NCBI GenBank assembly: GCA_964016885.1
Contig: OZ024760.1
Location: 24,428,001 to 24,492,000 of the forward strand
Direction: 5' to 3'
Source of the DNA: Eledone cirrhosa
Taxonomy: Eukaryota
Length of the DNA: 64,000 bases
Below the pieces are notes generated by a model, which was not told the DNA's origin, made no database searches, and was given only the letters and a program-made list of their open reading frames with translations. Shown here in pieces: positions 42,938 to 56,796 of this stretch. The number at the start of each line of letters is the position of its first letter. Positions within the stretch are counted from its first letter, which is position 1. The translations under genes were made by a program, and so were the position numbers.

Positions 42938-43351
42938 TTATATATAATGGAAACTCAAAAATTCGAAAACAAAACATACTTTAAAGGAAGATAAAAGGAA
43001 ACATTATTGAGGTCAAAAGTATGAAAAATGTAAAAATATTTGTAATCAGGGAAATAAAACCCTGACATATGTACACACACGCACACACACTCTCTCTCTC
43101 ACACACACATACACACATATATCTATATATACACTCACGAAACCTACGCATACTTACATCCATACGTACACATTTATTCGCCCTCCGAGACTACGAAAAT
43201 CTTCAGTGACGTTTCCATATTTATTCTTCTGGTTTTACGTGGAATTCTTTATATTATCCAGGTATTATCAACTAGTGTTTTTTCTGTCCAATTCTGATGC
43301 ATTGCAATAGAGCAGATACAACAAAATTATAGAGTGAGTCTTATAATATTA

Positions 43352-43560
43352 TCTATATATCTAAAACAGAGAATGTCTGTCTGTCTGTCTGTCTGTCCGA
43401 TCACTAGAACTCGAGAACCATCCAACCGATTGTTTTCAAACGTTACACATGTAACACGTATGGTCCTGTGAGTGTTTTGAGCAAACACAATTTCAAATTT
43501 TCAAATCGCTACGTCGAGTTAGGCGATTTAGTGATTTAGCGATCTCTCTCTATAACTCGT
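43352..43560 (+). mobile_element. Non-autonomous Helitron-like 5' portion
   Basis: A|TCTATATATCTAAAA start, (GTCT)n, aactcgagaaccatccaaccgatt; no 3' CTAG or hairpin seen. Confidence 0.6.
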
Positions 43561-43599
43561 ATCACAGCTTACAGATATCCGCTTACACACTCATACACA

Positions 43600-45010
43600 C
43601 ACATACACGCATACACACATTCACACATACAAACATAGATACACACATACACACATACACACACATATATATATACACACATACACATATACACACACGT
43701 ACACAGATACACATACACACATTATATTCCAATCGTATCTTACAGCCATCCGATTAAACATACACATACACACCCATATACACACACATATACACACATA
43801 TATACACACATAGATACACACATACACACATACACACATACACACACACATATATATATACACACATACACATATACACACACGTACAGAGATACACATA
43901 CACACATTATATTCCAATCGTATCTCACAGCCAATCGTATCTTACAGCCATCCGATTAAACACACACATACACACATACACACACACATATACACACATA
44001 GATACACACATACACACATACACACATACACACACATATATATATACACACATACACATATACACACACGTACATAGATACACATACACACATTATATTC
44101 CAATCGTATCTCACAGCCATCCGATTAAACACACACATACACACACATACACACACACATATACACACATATATACACACATAGATACACACATACACAC
44201 ATACACACACATATATATATATACACATACACATATACACACACGTACAGAGATACACATACACACATTATATTCCAATCGTATCTCACAGCCAATCGTA
44301 TCTTACAGCCATCCGATTAAACACACACATACACACATACACACACACATATACACACATATATACACACATAGATACACACATACACACATACACACAT
44401 ACACACACATATATATATATACACACATACACATATACACACACGTACATAGATACACATACACACATTATATTCCAATCGTATCTCACAGCCATCCGAT
44501 TAAACACACACATACACACACATACACACACACATATACACACATATATACACACATAGATACACACACACACACATACACACATACACACACATATATA
44601 TATATACACACACATACACATATACACACGCGTACACAGATACACATACACACATCATATTCCAATCGTATCTCACAGCCAATCGTATCTTACAGCCATC
44701 CGATGAAACACACACATACACACACATATACACACACATAGATACACACATAGATACACACATACACACATACACACACATATATATATATACACACATA
44801 CACATATACACACACGTACACAGATACACATACACACATTATATTCCAATCGTATCTCACAGCCAATCGTATCTTACAGCCATCCGATTAAACACACACA
44901 TACACACACATATACACACACATATACACACATATATACACACATTCACACATACACACATACAGACACGTACACATACACGCAGAGATTATTATCCAAT
45001 CGTATCACGA
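43600..45010. repeat. ~180-bp minisatellite x~7 in a (CA/TA) matrix
   Basis: cattatattccaatcgtatct.acagcc...atccgattaaac recurs. Confidence 0.85.
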
Positions 45011-45203
45011 CTTCTACCCATCCAATTTACATAATAATTACATGATTACTATAATGAATGACATTGTTTAGTAAATAATTATCTTTCGAGATAACCTCTA
45101 ATCAATGCTGAGATATAATTATAACGTTGATGGTGATGATGATGATGATGATGATGATGATAGAGGTGATGGTTGGTAGAGGTGGTGATGGTGGTGTTGT
45201 ATA

Positions 45204-45286
<83 letters not shown>

Positions 45287-45489
45287 ATGTAGATAAATCT
45301 ACCAAAATATACGGTAGTATGCAAACCGTATGAAGAACTCAATGTAATCCAAATATAGAAGATGATATGAAAAGAGAAGATGCATTCAAAATTTTACGAT
45401 AAAAATCATAGGAAACCAGAGTCAAGATAAATTAATAAGAACAATGAAATAAACACAAAGAACAAGTTCTTTATATTAAAAAATTCATC

Positions 45490-45611
45490 ATTTTACGATC
45501 GTTTCTGGGATGTATATGTGTATTGGTATGTATATCATATAGATCTATGTAAAAATATTACACATTATCAAAGGAAATATACATACCTTCACATATACAT
45601 GCCGTTCTCAG

Positions 45612-45615
<4 letters not shown>
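45490..45615 (-). ncRNA. Degenerate hammerhead with ~100-nt stem II
   Basis: AUUU-CUGAGAA-(GGCAUGUAUAUG...CAUAUACAUCCC)-GAAA-CGAUCG-UA^AAAU; G8 changed. Confidence 0.45.
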
Positions 45616-45659
<44 letters not shown>

Positions 45660-45808
45660 ACTAGAAATAGATTGACATATATATATATATATATAAAATA
45701 AACATATGGAACAATCACAGAGAATAACTTGTAAAGAATGTAAGCACACATAGCTAGGTAGGTAACCGTGTGTATATATATATATATTTTGTACCTAGGT
45801 AGGTAACC

Positions 45809-45867
<59 letters not shown>

Positions 45868-45970
45868 GAATTCCCTTTTCTATCAACCAATGACCTGCAC
45901 CCATCCCACTCCCCACCCTCTCCTACCACTTGTAGAGACCTATAAATACCATATTTATTTTTTGATACCC

Positions 45971-46021
45971 AGATTCCTGATGATTTCTAATGAATGAAAC
46001 AGTTCTAGTCCTGTAGAATCT
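45971..46021 (+). ncRNA. Hammerhead ribozyme in TA-flanked element 45865-46105
   Basis: AGAUUC-CUGAUGA-UUUC(UAAU)GAAU-GAAA-CAG(UUCUAGUC)CUG-UA^GAAUCU. Confidence 0.85.
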
Positions 46022-46178
46022 CATCTATATTAAAACTGTTATACTCTGCTATGTATTGAGTACCTTACTTACTGTGGTTACCTCCGATTCAACCCGGAAT
46101 AACGTATATATTATATATATATATATAAAACAATATCATTTGTACTGCCTCTCAGGTTTTTGTTCTCTCTGCATTTAT

Positions 46179-46220
<42 letters not shown>

Positions 46221-46226
<6 letters not shown>

Positions 46227-46690
46227 GACAGGTGGGAAGAAAAAATGGCTTCACTTGTGCTTTCAACAGATTTATTTTCTTCACAAAATCCAAAAAGAAT
46301 TTTTTTCCGGATTAGAAAAAATTTTTTTCTTAAAAATAATTTATTTTATAAATTAAGTTGTTGGTTGTTGGTGCCTCGACGGAGCATGCGAAACGGCTAC
46401 CACATCCAAGGAAGGCAGCAGGCGCGCAAATTACTCACTCTCGGCACGGGGAGGCAGTGACGAAAAATTACGACGCGTGACTCTGTCGAGGCACCAACAA
46501 CCAACAACTTAATTTATAAAATAAATTATTTTTAAGAAAAAAAATTTTTCTAATCCGGAAAAAAATTCTTTTTGGATTTTGTGAAGAAAAAAAAAATTGT
46601 TGAAAGCACAAGTGAAGCCATTAATTCTTCCCCCCCCCCCCTGTCTTAATATACCTAACTGTACCAAGGATTACACACATTTTCCAATAT
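46221..46690 (+). mobile_element. Foldback element with 18S rRNA-derived spacer and ~35-bp tail
   Basis: Arms 46221-46380 / 46485-46652; (TA)n flanks. Confidence 0.85.
46381..46492 (+). rRNA. 18S rRNA fragment (~110 bp, non-functional)
   Basis: Conserved SSU motif GAAACGGCTACCACATCCAAGGAAGGCAGCAGGCGCGCAAATTAC...GGGAGG.AGTGACGAAAAAT. Confidence 0.92.
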
Positions 46691-46766
46691 ATATATATAT
46701 ATATATAGTTAATAAATGAAGAGAGAACAAAAACGTGAGAGGCAGTACAAATGATATTGTTTTTAG

Positions 46767-46953
46767 TTCAAGACGCCGGCGTCAGAGCTGAAGCCGTTTC
46801 GACGGCTATTTCTGGACCAGAAATAGCCGTCGAAACGGCTTGATCTCTGCCGTCGAGGTCTTGAATATTTTCCTATTACCCACTCTACTACCCTAAGTAT
46901 TGAGTACTCTCTGTCCGTTATGGTCCACCTGGTTCCTTACCACACTTCCTTCG

Positions 46954-46955
<2 letters not shown>
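46767..46955 (+). mobile_element. Mini foldback family F copy
   Basis: Imperfect palindrome plus tail. Confidence 0.8.
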
Positions 46956-46993
<38 letters not shown>

Positions 46994-47138
46994 TATGGTT
47001 GATTTTAGACTTGTTCTATGTGTGACGGTATTTTAACGATAGTTATAGCTCTGATTCATCTGAATTATTGAGCCCTCTGCCGCTCATTTCGAATATTGTT
47101 TATCGTGAACTCGTGCGCCGATTTTTCGATACTCGATC

Positions 47139-47178
<40 letters not shown>

Positions 47179-47180
<2 letters not shown>

Positions 47181-47359
47181 CAAAGAGGGTGTGATAAGAT
47201 ACCAGATGGACCATAACATACGAGAGTACTCAATACTTAGTGTAGTAGAGTGGGTAATAGGAAAAGAGTCAAGACCCCAACGGCTGAGCTCCGGCCGTTT
47301 TGACAGCTAGATCTAGCTGTCGAAACGGCCGGAGCTCAGCCGTCGGTGTCCTGCCTCTT

Positions 47360-47362
<3 letters not shown>
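47179..47362 (-). mobile_element. Mini foldback family F copy, reverse orientation
   Basis: Tail on the left; palindrome centred on tagatcta. Confidence 0.8.
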
Positions 47363-47419
<57 letters not shown>

Positions 47420-47572
47420 AGCAAATTATAAATGTAAACATGTAAGTATGTTTTTGAAACGGTGCGCGAGTTTGAAATTAGAAATTATAAGCTTTCACCG
47501 TATTTTAGACTAAAGAAATTTCTAGCCTGATAGTGGGGTTTATAACCCTCGGAGAAATGGAAAAAGATGTTG

Positions 47573-47664
<92 letters not shown>

Positions 47665-47666
47665 TG

Positions 47667-47706
<40 letters not shown>

Positions 47707-47709
47707 ATG

Positions 47710-47746
<37 letters not shown>

Positions 47747-47751
47747 GTATG

Positions 47752-47784
<33 letters not shown>

Positions 47785-47830
47785 TATATATATATTGTAT
47801 GTATATATATATTTATATATATATTGTATG

Positions 47831-47869
<39 letters not shown>

Positions 47870-47877
47870 ATATATTG

Positions 47878-47922
<45 letters not shown>

Positions 47923-48237
47923 TATATATATATTGTATGTGTATATATATATATTATATATATATTGTATGTGTATATATATATATATGTATGTGTATAT
48001 ATATATATTATATATATATTGTATGTGTATATATATATATATGTATGTGTATATATATATATCCTAATATATATATATATATCCTATATATATATATATA
48101 TCCTATATATATATATATTCTATATCTATATATATATATATCTATATATATATATATATCCTATATATATATATATATATCCTATATATCCTATATATAT
48201 CCTATATATCCTATATATATATATATCCTATATATAT

Positions 48238-48448
<211 letters not shown>

Positions 48449-48699
48449 ACTAATCTCCATTCTAATGAAATAATAATTTTATATATTCAGTTCTATATCT
48501 GAATTTTATTAACTTATGCATAAATTGCTGGAGTCCATATGTCCATCGGTCTATCTATAGACTTATCCTAGGTATATATATATAGGTATGTATGTATATA
48601 TGTGTGTATGCATGTATGTATATATGTGTAGGTAGGTATGTGGGTATGTAGGATTGTATGTATGTATATATATGCATATATTATCTATGTATGTATATA

Positions 48700-49265
48700 T
48701 AACCTGTCTCAACGTCGGGTCGTTGGCGACTAAACTGGCAACCCCACCAAGGATTCTTGGTGAGGAGGGTGACTTTGGACATCCTGCAGGACCAAAAACA
48801 AAACCTGTCAAAGGGCAAAGGAGCTCTTAAGAGTCAATGGTCATCCAAAATCACCGGGTGAGATGGCCCCTTAGCCATAGTTAAGGCAGAATTCTAGGAG
48901 AAGGAAAACTCTGATATAACACCTGCAACCCTGATGGTATCCAATGATGTTGACTTGTTCTTCTTTTTGGTAAATATCATCTTGGTTAAGAGAGTGGGAC
49001 TGGCTTTGTGCAGTGCCTTTGCTCACTATAAAAGCTTCACGGCACAGTCATTGCTTTATATCTGGAGAGCTCTCTGCACTTGTCGTAACATGGTACCATT
49101 AGCCCAGCACTATGTGTCAATAATTGTTACAAGTGTAGTGTTTGTACCAGAGTTTTCAAGTCGCTGGCTGGACTAAAAAGTCACACTTGTTCAGCGCATC
49201 GGTAGGAGTTCTCCTACATGGATATAAAGTGGTGGCCGTACTCGAAAACGAGTTGGCAGCCACCA
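48700..49265. mobile_element. Probable RTE-related LINE/SINE fragments
   Basis: ctaggagaaggaaaactctga motif recalled from RTE-type 5' regions; (TATG)n flank; no ORF. Confidence 0.4.
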
Positions 49266-49414
49266 TGTATGTATGTATGTATGTATGTATGTATGTATGT
49301 ATGTATGTATGTATGTATGTACACACACACACACTTATTTACATATAAACTATTGTTTCTACATCACGTTAACGTGAACAACGCTTAGAATACAAATTGA
49401 ATAACATGACACAC

Positions 49415-49555
<141 letters not shown>

Positions 49556-49683
49556 GTGAGGTTTTTTTACAAAATGAAAAATAACCGAGGTGTCCTACAC
49601 GAGTGAAAGTATAAAGGAAAAAAGATGAAATCGAAAATGCATCTGGAGTCTTATTTAAAAAAAAATATATATATTTATTTGGT

Positions 49684-49723
49684 TCCTTTACCGGTTTCGC
49701 AGTTCTTCTGCTTTTCAAAAGTA
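49684..49723 (-). ncRNA. Hammerhead with U3-A8 core variant
   Basis: CUU-UUGAAAA-GCAG(AAGAA)CUGC-GAAA-CCGG-UA^AAG. Confidence 0.6.
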
Positions 49724-49907
49724 GAGTTGAGATGGAGGGTCTGTAGTTTTTCTCACATCTGGTTGGTCTTTGAATGTTACTTGTTTTATATGGAAAAAAG
49801 TGGCTCGAAACGCCAGGTTTTAGAGAAGTAATTTGATTGGTTGGTCAATAATTATAATAAATTTCGCGCCAGTTCGCGTTACAAAGTTCTTCAAACAAGG
49901 GGGAGGG

Positions 49908-49992
<85 letters not shown>

Positions 49993-50002
49993 AATATATG
50001 TA

Positions 50003-50033
<31 letters not shown>

Positions 50034-50234
50034 CATCATCATCATTTCATTTTACGTCTGCTTTTCCTTGCTTGCAAGGGTGGGACGGGAATTGATTCTG
50101 GCTTGATTTCTACAGCTGGATGCCCTTCCTAACACCAACCTCATTTACAGTGAGTGCTGGGTGCTTTTTTGCCGTGGCACCTCCACGACCACTTTGCAGT
50201 GGAATGATATGGACCCCAGTCTTTATCATCTCAT

Positions 50235-50372
50235 TTCTACAGCTGAGTAAACTGGAGCAATGTGAAATAAAGTGTCTTGCTCAAGGAAACAACACATCAC
50301 CCGGTCTGAGAATTGAACTCACAACCTTTCGATTGCAAGCCCAATGCTCTAACCACTAAGCCATGTGCCTCC
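50235..50372 (-). mobile_element. tRNA/CORE-like SINE head
   Basis: Reverse complement of ggcacatggcttagtggttagagc...gagttcaattctc...ccttgagcaagacactt. Confidence 0.7.
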
Positions 50373-50391
50373 AAAAAGAGCCATCTCGCGA

Positions 50392-50457
<66 letters not shown>

Positions 50458-50467
50458 AATATATGTA

Positions 50468-50513
<46 letters not shown>

Positions 50514-50657
50514 TATGTATATTTATATATATATATATATATATGTATATATAAATATATGTATATTTATATATATATACATATATATATACACATGCGT
50601 ATATATATATATATGTATATTTATATATATATACATATATATATATATACACATACG

Positions 50658-50690
<33 letters not shown>

Positions 50691-50797
50691 TTATATATAT
50701 ATATACATATATATATATACACACACGTATATATATATAATTATATTTATATATATATACATATATATATATACACACACGTATATATATGTATATT

Positions 50798-50831
<34 letters not shown>

Positions 50832-51440
50832 CACACGTATATATATATAATTATATTTATATATATATACATATAAATATATACACACACGTATATATAT
50901 GTATATTTATATATATATACATATATATATATATATACACACGTATATATATATGTATATTTATATATATATACATATATATATATATATACACACGTAT
51001 ATATATATGTATATTTATATATATATACATGTATATATATATATATATACACACGTATATATATATGTATATTTATATATATATATATACATATATATAT
51101 ATACACACACGTATATATATATATATATTTACATATATATACCTGGGTGTGTGTAACTGATTGTGTGTACTTGAATATATGTGTGCTTCAGTCCCTCTAC
51201 CTATCTATCTTTCTATCTATATATCTATCTATATATCATATTATTTGTAGTATAAACACGTTGAGGGTTGGTGAAATTAATCACCGCCACTATTGGAATT
51301 GAATAATCAAAACCGTAGCGGTATGTGTCACATATCCAATCTCTCATATACCTTATCTGATGAAAACGTACTTAAATACCATTGTACCTTTCAAATATGT
51401 ATCATAAAAATATATATTTGGGTTATTTATTAATATTTTG

Positions 51441-51508
<68 letters not shown>

Positions 51509-51510
<2 letters not shown>

Positions 51511-51595
51511 GAAAAGAGTCGGGACCCCGACGTCTGACTACCGTGTACTCTGGTGCGTTATGGTCCACCTGGTCCCTTACCACGGTTTCTTTGTT
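51509..51595 (+). mobile_element. Minimal family F copy
   Basis: ggaccccgacg plus tail gtactctggtgcgttatggtccacctgg. Confidence 0.7.
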
Positions 51596-51616
51596 CTTTA
51601 CATATATATATATATA

Positions 51617-52557
51617 GAGTCTCTTACAATAAATTAGCTCTAGGAAAGAGATTTTTCCGAACCGTATAATATAACTGAACAAAAACGAAAAGGGAACTCA
51701 GACATATACATATATGTGTTCAAATCGTAATGGACCAGATTCGCTAAGGTGAAAAAAAATACTAACTAGAGTCAATAGGGTTTGCCAGACTCAATTTAAG
51801 AATAAATCAAGAAAAATAAATACAAACCAGAACTGTGGTAACTACCAATCTCCCGGACAGTTTTGATAATACTGTTTCGCAATATTAATTGTGAACAGGA
51901 ATACAAAAATTCTTGCTCATCAGCGGATGAAGAATTTTTAGTATCTTGTCACTTCTAAGTATATTAAAAAACTGGATAGTGTGCGTATATATAACAACGC
52001 GCTTGGTACCAGACCTTAGCGTGTCTCGCAAACTCACGCCATTAAACATAGCAGCCGGGTTTACTCGATATTTGAATTAGCTCGACGAATTAACGGAGCC
52101 GAATATATCAAAGGCATATATTGAAATAGCAGCCGGGTTTAGTCGAGCTAATTCAAATGTCGAGTAAACCCGGCTGCTATTTTTAGTGGCGTGAGTTTGC
52201 GAGACAAGCTAAATTATGGTACCATTTGCGTTGTTATATTTACGCACACTATCCAGTTTTTTAATATACTTAGAAGTGACCAGGATACTAATAATTCTTC
52301 ACCCGCTGATGAGCAAGATTTTGGTATTCCTCTTCACAATTAATATTGCGAAACAGTATTATGAAAACTGTCCAGGGGAATGATAGTTACCATAATTCTG
52401 GTTTGTATCCATTTTTCTTGATTTATTCTTAAATTGAGTCTGTCAAACCCTATTGTCTATAGTTACTATTCTTTTCACCTCAGCGAATCTGGTCCCTTAC
52501 GATTTGAACACATATATGTATATGTCTGTTTTCATTTTGCTTTTTTGTTCAGTTATA
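51617..52557. mobile_element. Large diverged foldback (~415-bp arms) with an HHR in each arm
   Basis: Arms 51670-52086 / 52142-52557; unpaired tail 51617-51669. Confidence 0.85.
51852..51927 (-). ncRNA. Hammerhead ribozyme (mirror at 52302-52376, plus)
   Basis: UCCG-CUGAUGA-GCAA...UUGC-GAAA-CAGU(AUUAUCAAA)ACUG-UC^CGGG. Confidence 0.85.
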
Positions 52558-53012
52558 CATTTATATATATATATATAATATATATATATCGAAAAATCGA
52601 TCTATCTAACTAGCTTATGTATCCGTGAAATTTACTTTTAATACATTCAGGTATGGGTCGATAAAAAAAATAGGATTTCAGCGTGACTGTAATTGCCTTA
52701 CACACGTTATATAAACCATGCAAGGAAGAACGAAAATGGTGAATTTGGCCTGGTTTGAACCCCCAAAATAATGTGAAATACGAGCTAAATAATGACAAAC
52801 TTAGTGAATTCTAACACCATTAACGAGATTTATCAATCCAATTTCTTTATCATTGACAGCATCAGGTAAATAGAATATTTTTTTGGATTTGCAAGAAAAT
52901 CATTAGATGAAATTTTTTATTCAATTTCCAGAAAAAATAGCTGATCGAAAAAAAGCATAGAAAAAAAATCACTAGAAAAATATATTATATGTATATATAT
53001 ATATATATATGT

Positions 53013-53078
<66 letters not shown>

Positions 53079-53224
53079 TTATATATATATATACATATAT
53101 ACATATATACATATATATGTATATACGTATATATTTATGTATATATATATATATATATTATCTATATTATATATATATATATATATACATACATATCTGT
53201 GTGTTTGTGTGTGTGTGATATACA

Positions 53225-53259
<35 letters not shown>

Positions 53260-53306
53260 ATATAGATATACACACATATATATATATATAGACATACACT
53301 CACTCA

Positions 53307-53361
<55 letters not shown>

Positions 53362-53489
53362 GTATTCATATACAAATACATATGTACACATGCATGTATA
53401 TTATTTACATAGCCCGTTCCCATTATCTGGAAGCCGCGCTAATGTTCGCGTTAAACATTTTATATAAATAGAAACGTCCATACGTTACT

Positions 53490-53543
<54 letters not shown>

Positions 53544-53547
<4 letters not shown>

Positions 53548-53948
53548 TAAACGGAATAGAAAATGCTGACAAATTGTTCACAGTTGAAAAATGGTTTAAT
53601 TAGGAATAAAAGAGTATTAGTGATTGTATGGGTTAGTATTCAGTTGTGGTTTTAAGTTTTTAAGTTTTTACCGGTTGCGCATTTCTAAATGCTTTTCAAA
53701 AATAATTTTGAGATAGAGCAAACAGCACGGACACTCTATCTCAAAATTATTTTTGAAAAGCATTTAGAAATGCGCAACCGGTAAAAACTTAAAAACTTAA
53801 AACCACAACTGAATACTAACCCATACAATCACTAATACTCTTTTATTCCTAATTAAACCATTTTTCAACTGTGAACAATTTGTCAGCATTTTCTATTCCG
53901 TTTACCAATATATAATAACTTGTGTGTTACACCTCTATTCTTTTAACT
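53544..53948 (+). mobile_element. Foldback: 175-bp arms, 15-bp spacer, tail; variant HHR at 53748-53788
   Basis: Arms 53544-53718 / 53734-53908; UUGAAAA-GCAUUU(AG)AAAUGC-GCAA-CCGG-UA^AAA. Confidence 0.85.
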
Positions 53949-54117
53949 ATATATATATATATATATATCTTCAGTACAGCTCACTGTTCACCTGCCAAAC
54001 TGTCAGAGCTAGTGAAAATATATGTTATTTTCAAAAATACACAGTGACTTATCGGCCTGATTTGCATATATACATGCGCATAGTGATCCATCCATACATC
54101 CATATTATATATATATG

Positions 54118-54525
<408 letters not shown>

Positions 54526-54620
54526 ATATATATATATATATATATAGTAATAGAAGATCCCCTTAAGGGTGAAAGCAGCGATTCTTTGCTTAAACTTTAA
54601 TCTGTTATTTTAATAAATAA

Positions 54621-54723
<103 letters not shown>

Positions 54724-55047
54724 GTAATCCTGGTAATATAAATGCATTTTTTCTCCTAACTTAAATTTTATAACTAATTGTGTATGGTTGACCGTATATT
54801 TAATGTTGGGTTAATATTCTATGGCGGTTGACAGCGAATAAATTGCTGTCGTTTATTTATCTACTATTTCTTCTTTAAAGGTGCCGTTTAATTGACTTTT
54901 TGTGTGGTTGATTATGTTAATTTGAGAGAAAATGGTGTATATATATTATCAAATGATTCTATAGACATACTTTATAGTATATATATATATATATATACAA
55001 TAAAACAGAAAACACAGGTAAGCATTAAGAAAAGGATTTTATCCTGG

Positions 55048-55148
55048 TATTTACGACCGTTTCATTGGTAAGCGCAACCTTATATCACTATACTGCAAAT
55101 AGCAGCCACTCGATAATAACTGTTATTCACCTCCATATTTTCAAAATA
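55048..55148 (-). ncRNA. Hammerhead-like motif with U3-A8 core and long stem II
   Basis: UAUU-UUGAAAA-(UGGAGGUG...CGCUUACCA)-GAAA-CGGUCG-UA^AAUA. Confidence 0.5.
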
Positions 55149-55317
55149 ATCAAGAAAGGAACGGGATTTACTAACCAGATTCTTGCAAACTTGTGGAGTT
55201 ACCCTTAACCGTACGTTGCAAACCGCCCACAAAACTGACTTACTTAACTACGAACTGTATTACAATAAGCAATTTTCTGCTCTCTTAACTGTATATATAT
55301 GTGTGTGTATGCATATG

Positions 55318-55376
<59 letters not shown>

Positions 55377-55591
55377 TTCGTTTCTGAATTTGTTTAGCAA
55401 GATTCTTTATCTGAAATCGTGTGTTGAAACCGATATTGTTATACTTTGGGAGGGTCATGTTGCCAATAAGAAACACACGCACCAGTTGCTTTCACTTCAA
55501 TTTAATTTAATATATATTTATAAATTTACAAATTTATAAATTTCTGGTTGGTTGGTTGGTTCCACAACCAGATAGTTGTTTATATATATAT

Positions 55592-55636
55592 AGTCATAGT
55601 TCTTTCGTCACACACTCTGTGACCTCTTCAGTGACT
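55592..55636 (-). ncRNA. Minimal type I hammerhead ribozyme (mirror copy)
   Basis: Reverse complement of 59358-59402. Confidence 0.85.
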
Positions 55637-55932
55637 GGGGATTTCTTTCTTCGTTTCTGTGCCTTTCCTTTCTTCTATCCTACGCCATTTTGTTTGTGTG
55701 TGGGTTGCGTGCTCAGTTTGCGCATGCGCCACATCCGGGTGTCTGTGTGTGTTTGTGTTCATTTTTCTATTTTTCTATTTATATTTGTTTGTTTATTTAT
55801 TTATTTATTGTTGGTTGGTTGTTTGTTCTATGTGTGTGTGTGTTTTCATTTTGTCTTGTGTGTGTTTTCATTTTGTGTGTGTTTTCAATTGTAAGTTGTT
55901 TATATATGTGTGTGTGTGTTTTCATTTTGTCC

Positions 55933-56796
55933 TTAATTGTAAGTTGTGATGTTGCTGTTCCACTCATATTTTCTATTTAATTTTGGTTTTAATTCTTTTA
56001 TGCTTACTGCCTCTGTAATTTGCCTAAACATTGCGTCTTTCTTGTGTGTGGATTCTATTTTTATTTCTATGCTCTCTAATTTACCCCTGTGTTCTATCTT
56101 AGCATGTTGGTAGAGCACAGATGATTCTTTACTATCTTGGAGGTCTCGCCAGTGTTCATTTATTCGTTCCCCTATACTACGAGCTGTCTCACCTATGTAC
56201 ACTATATTTTTGTTTCTACATTGTCCCTCAGTACATCTTATGCTATATACTACATTTCTAGTTTTACAGTTAATATGGGGGCTTATTTTACAGGTTATAC
56301 ATTTCTTATCTATACATGAGGGTCTTTGGAACGGGTATGTCTTGCTAATAAGTGTTTTTACGGAGGTACCAGGTCTTTCTACTATCTTAATATTGAGATT
56401 ATGTTTCTTTAGGGCCCTTCTAAATTTGTAGGCTAGTTCACCTCTAGGGGTTGTATTGATGAACATTACACTCTGGTATTTATTGCTATCATACCATGAG
56501 TTTATTCTATTGGCCTTGTTCTTAGTTCTTTCTATTCTATTCCAAAATTTGCTCCTATACAAGGGGCAGGTCCCATTTATGTCATTATTTACCATTTTTT
56601 CCCATTTGGTTCTGGCTCCTTTATACACTCTGATTCTATCTCTCTGATTGTAGCCAGAGAACTGCATACGGTGGATGAAGTGTTGTATGTGTCTCTCTAG
56701 TTCTTCGGGGTTGCACATGCGGGACACATTTCTCATCACCCGTATCAAATCCGCAATCAGTATGTTGATTTTGGTATGGTCCGAAATGGCCGAGTT
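55933..56796 (-). CDS. PLE thumb / Cys-rich linker / GIY-YIG endonuclease, same frame as the RT after the TGA
   Basis: Read-through gives LIH*NSAISDHTKINILIADLIRVMRN. Linker C-x4-C-x2-C...C, then VVYSIRC...YIGETAR...RINEH...EAVSIKELKPKLN. Confidence 0.92.
   Translation of the reverse strand, partial: NSAISDHTKINILIADLIRVMRNVSRMCNPEELERHIQHFIHRMQFSGYNQRDRIRVYKGARTKWEKMVNNDINGTCPLYRSKFWNRIERTKNKANRINSWYDSNKYQSVMFINTTPRGELAYKFRRALKKHNLNIKIVERPGTSVKTLISKTYPFQRPSCIDKKCITCKISPHINCKTRNVVYSIRCTEGQCRNKNIVYIGETARSIGERINEHWRDLQDSKESSVLYQHAKIEHRGKLESIEIKIESTHKKDAMFRQITEAVSIKELKPKLNRKYEWNSNITTYN

Noticed and set aside
43600-45010. CRISPR-like repeat-spacer pattern (also 21421-21655, 4783-5110)
   Set aside because: Spacers are near-identical microsatellite, the context is eukaryotic and there are no cas genes.
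46381-46492. Functional rDNA locus
   Set aside because: Only ~110 bp, with substitutions and no flanking rDNA.
52820-52870. HHR-like motifs here and at ~43170-43215 and ~47525-47560
   Set aside because: Core boxes or stems are too degenerate to support by eye.
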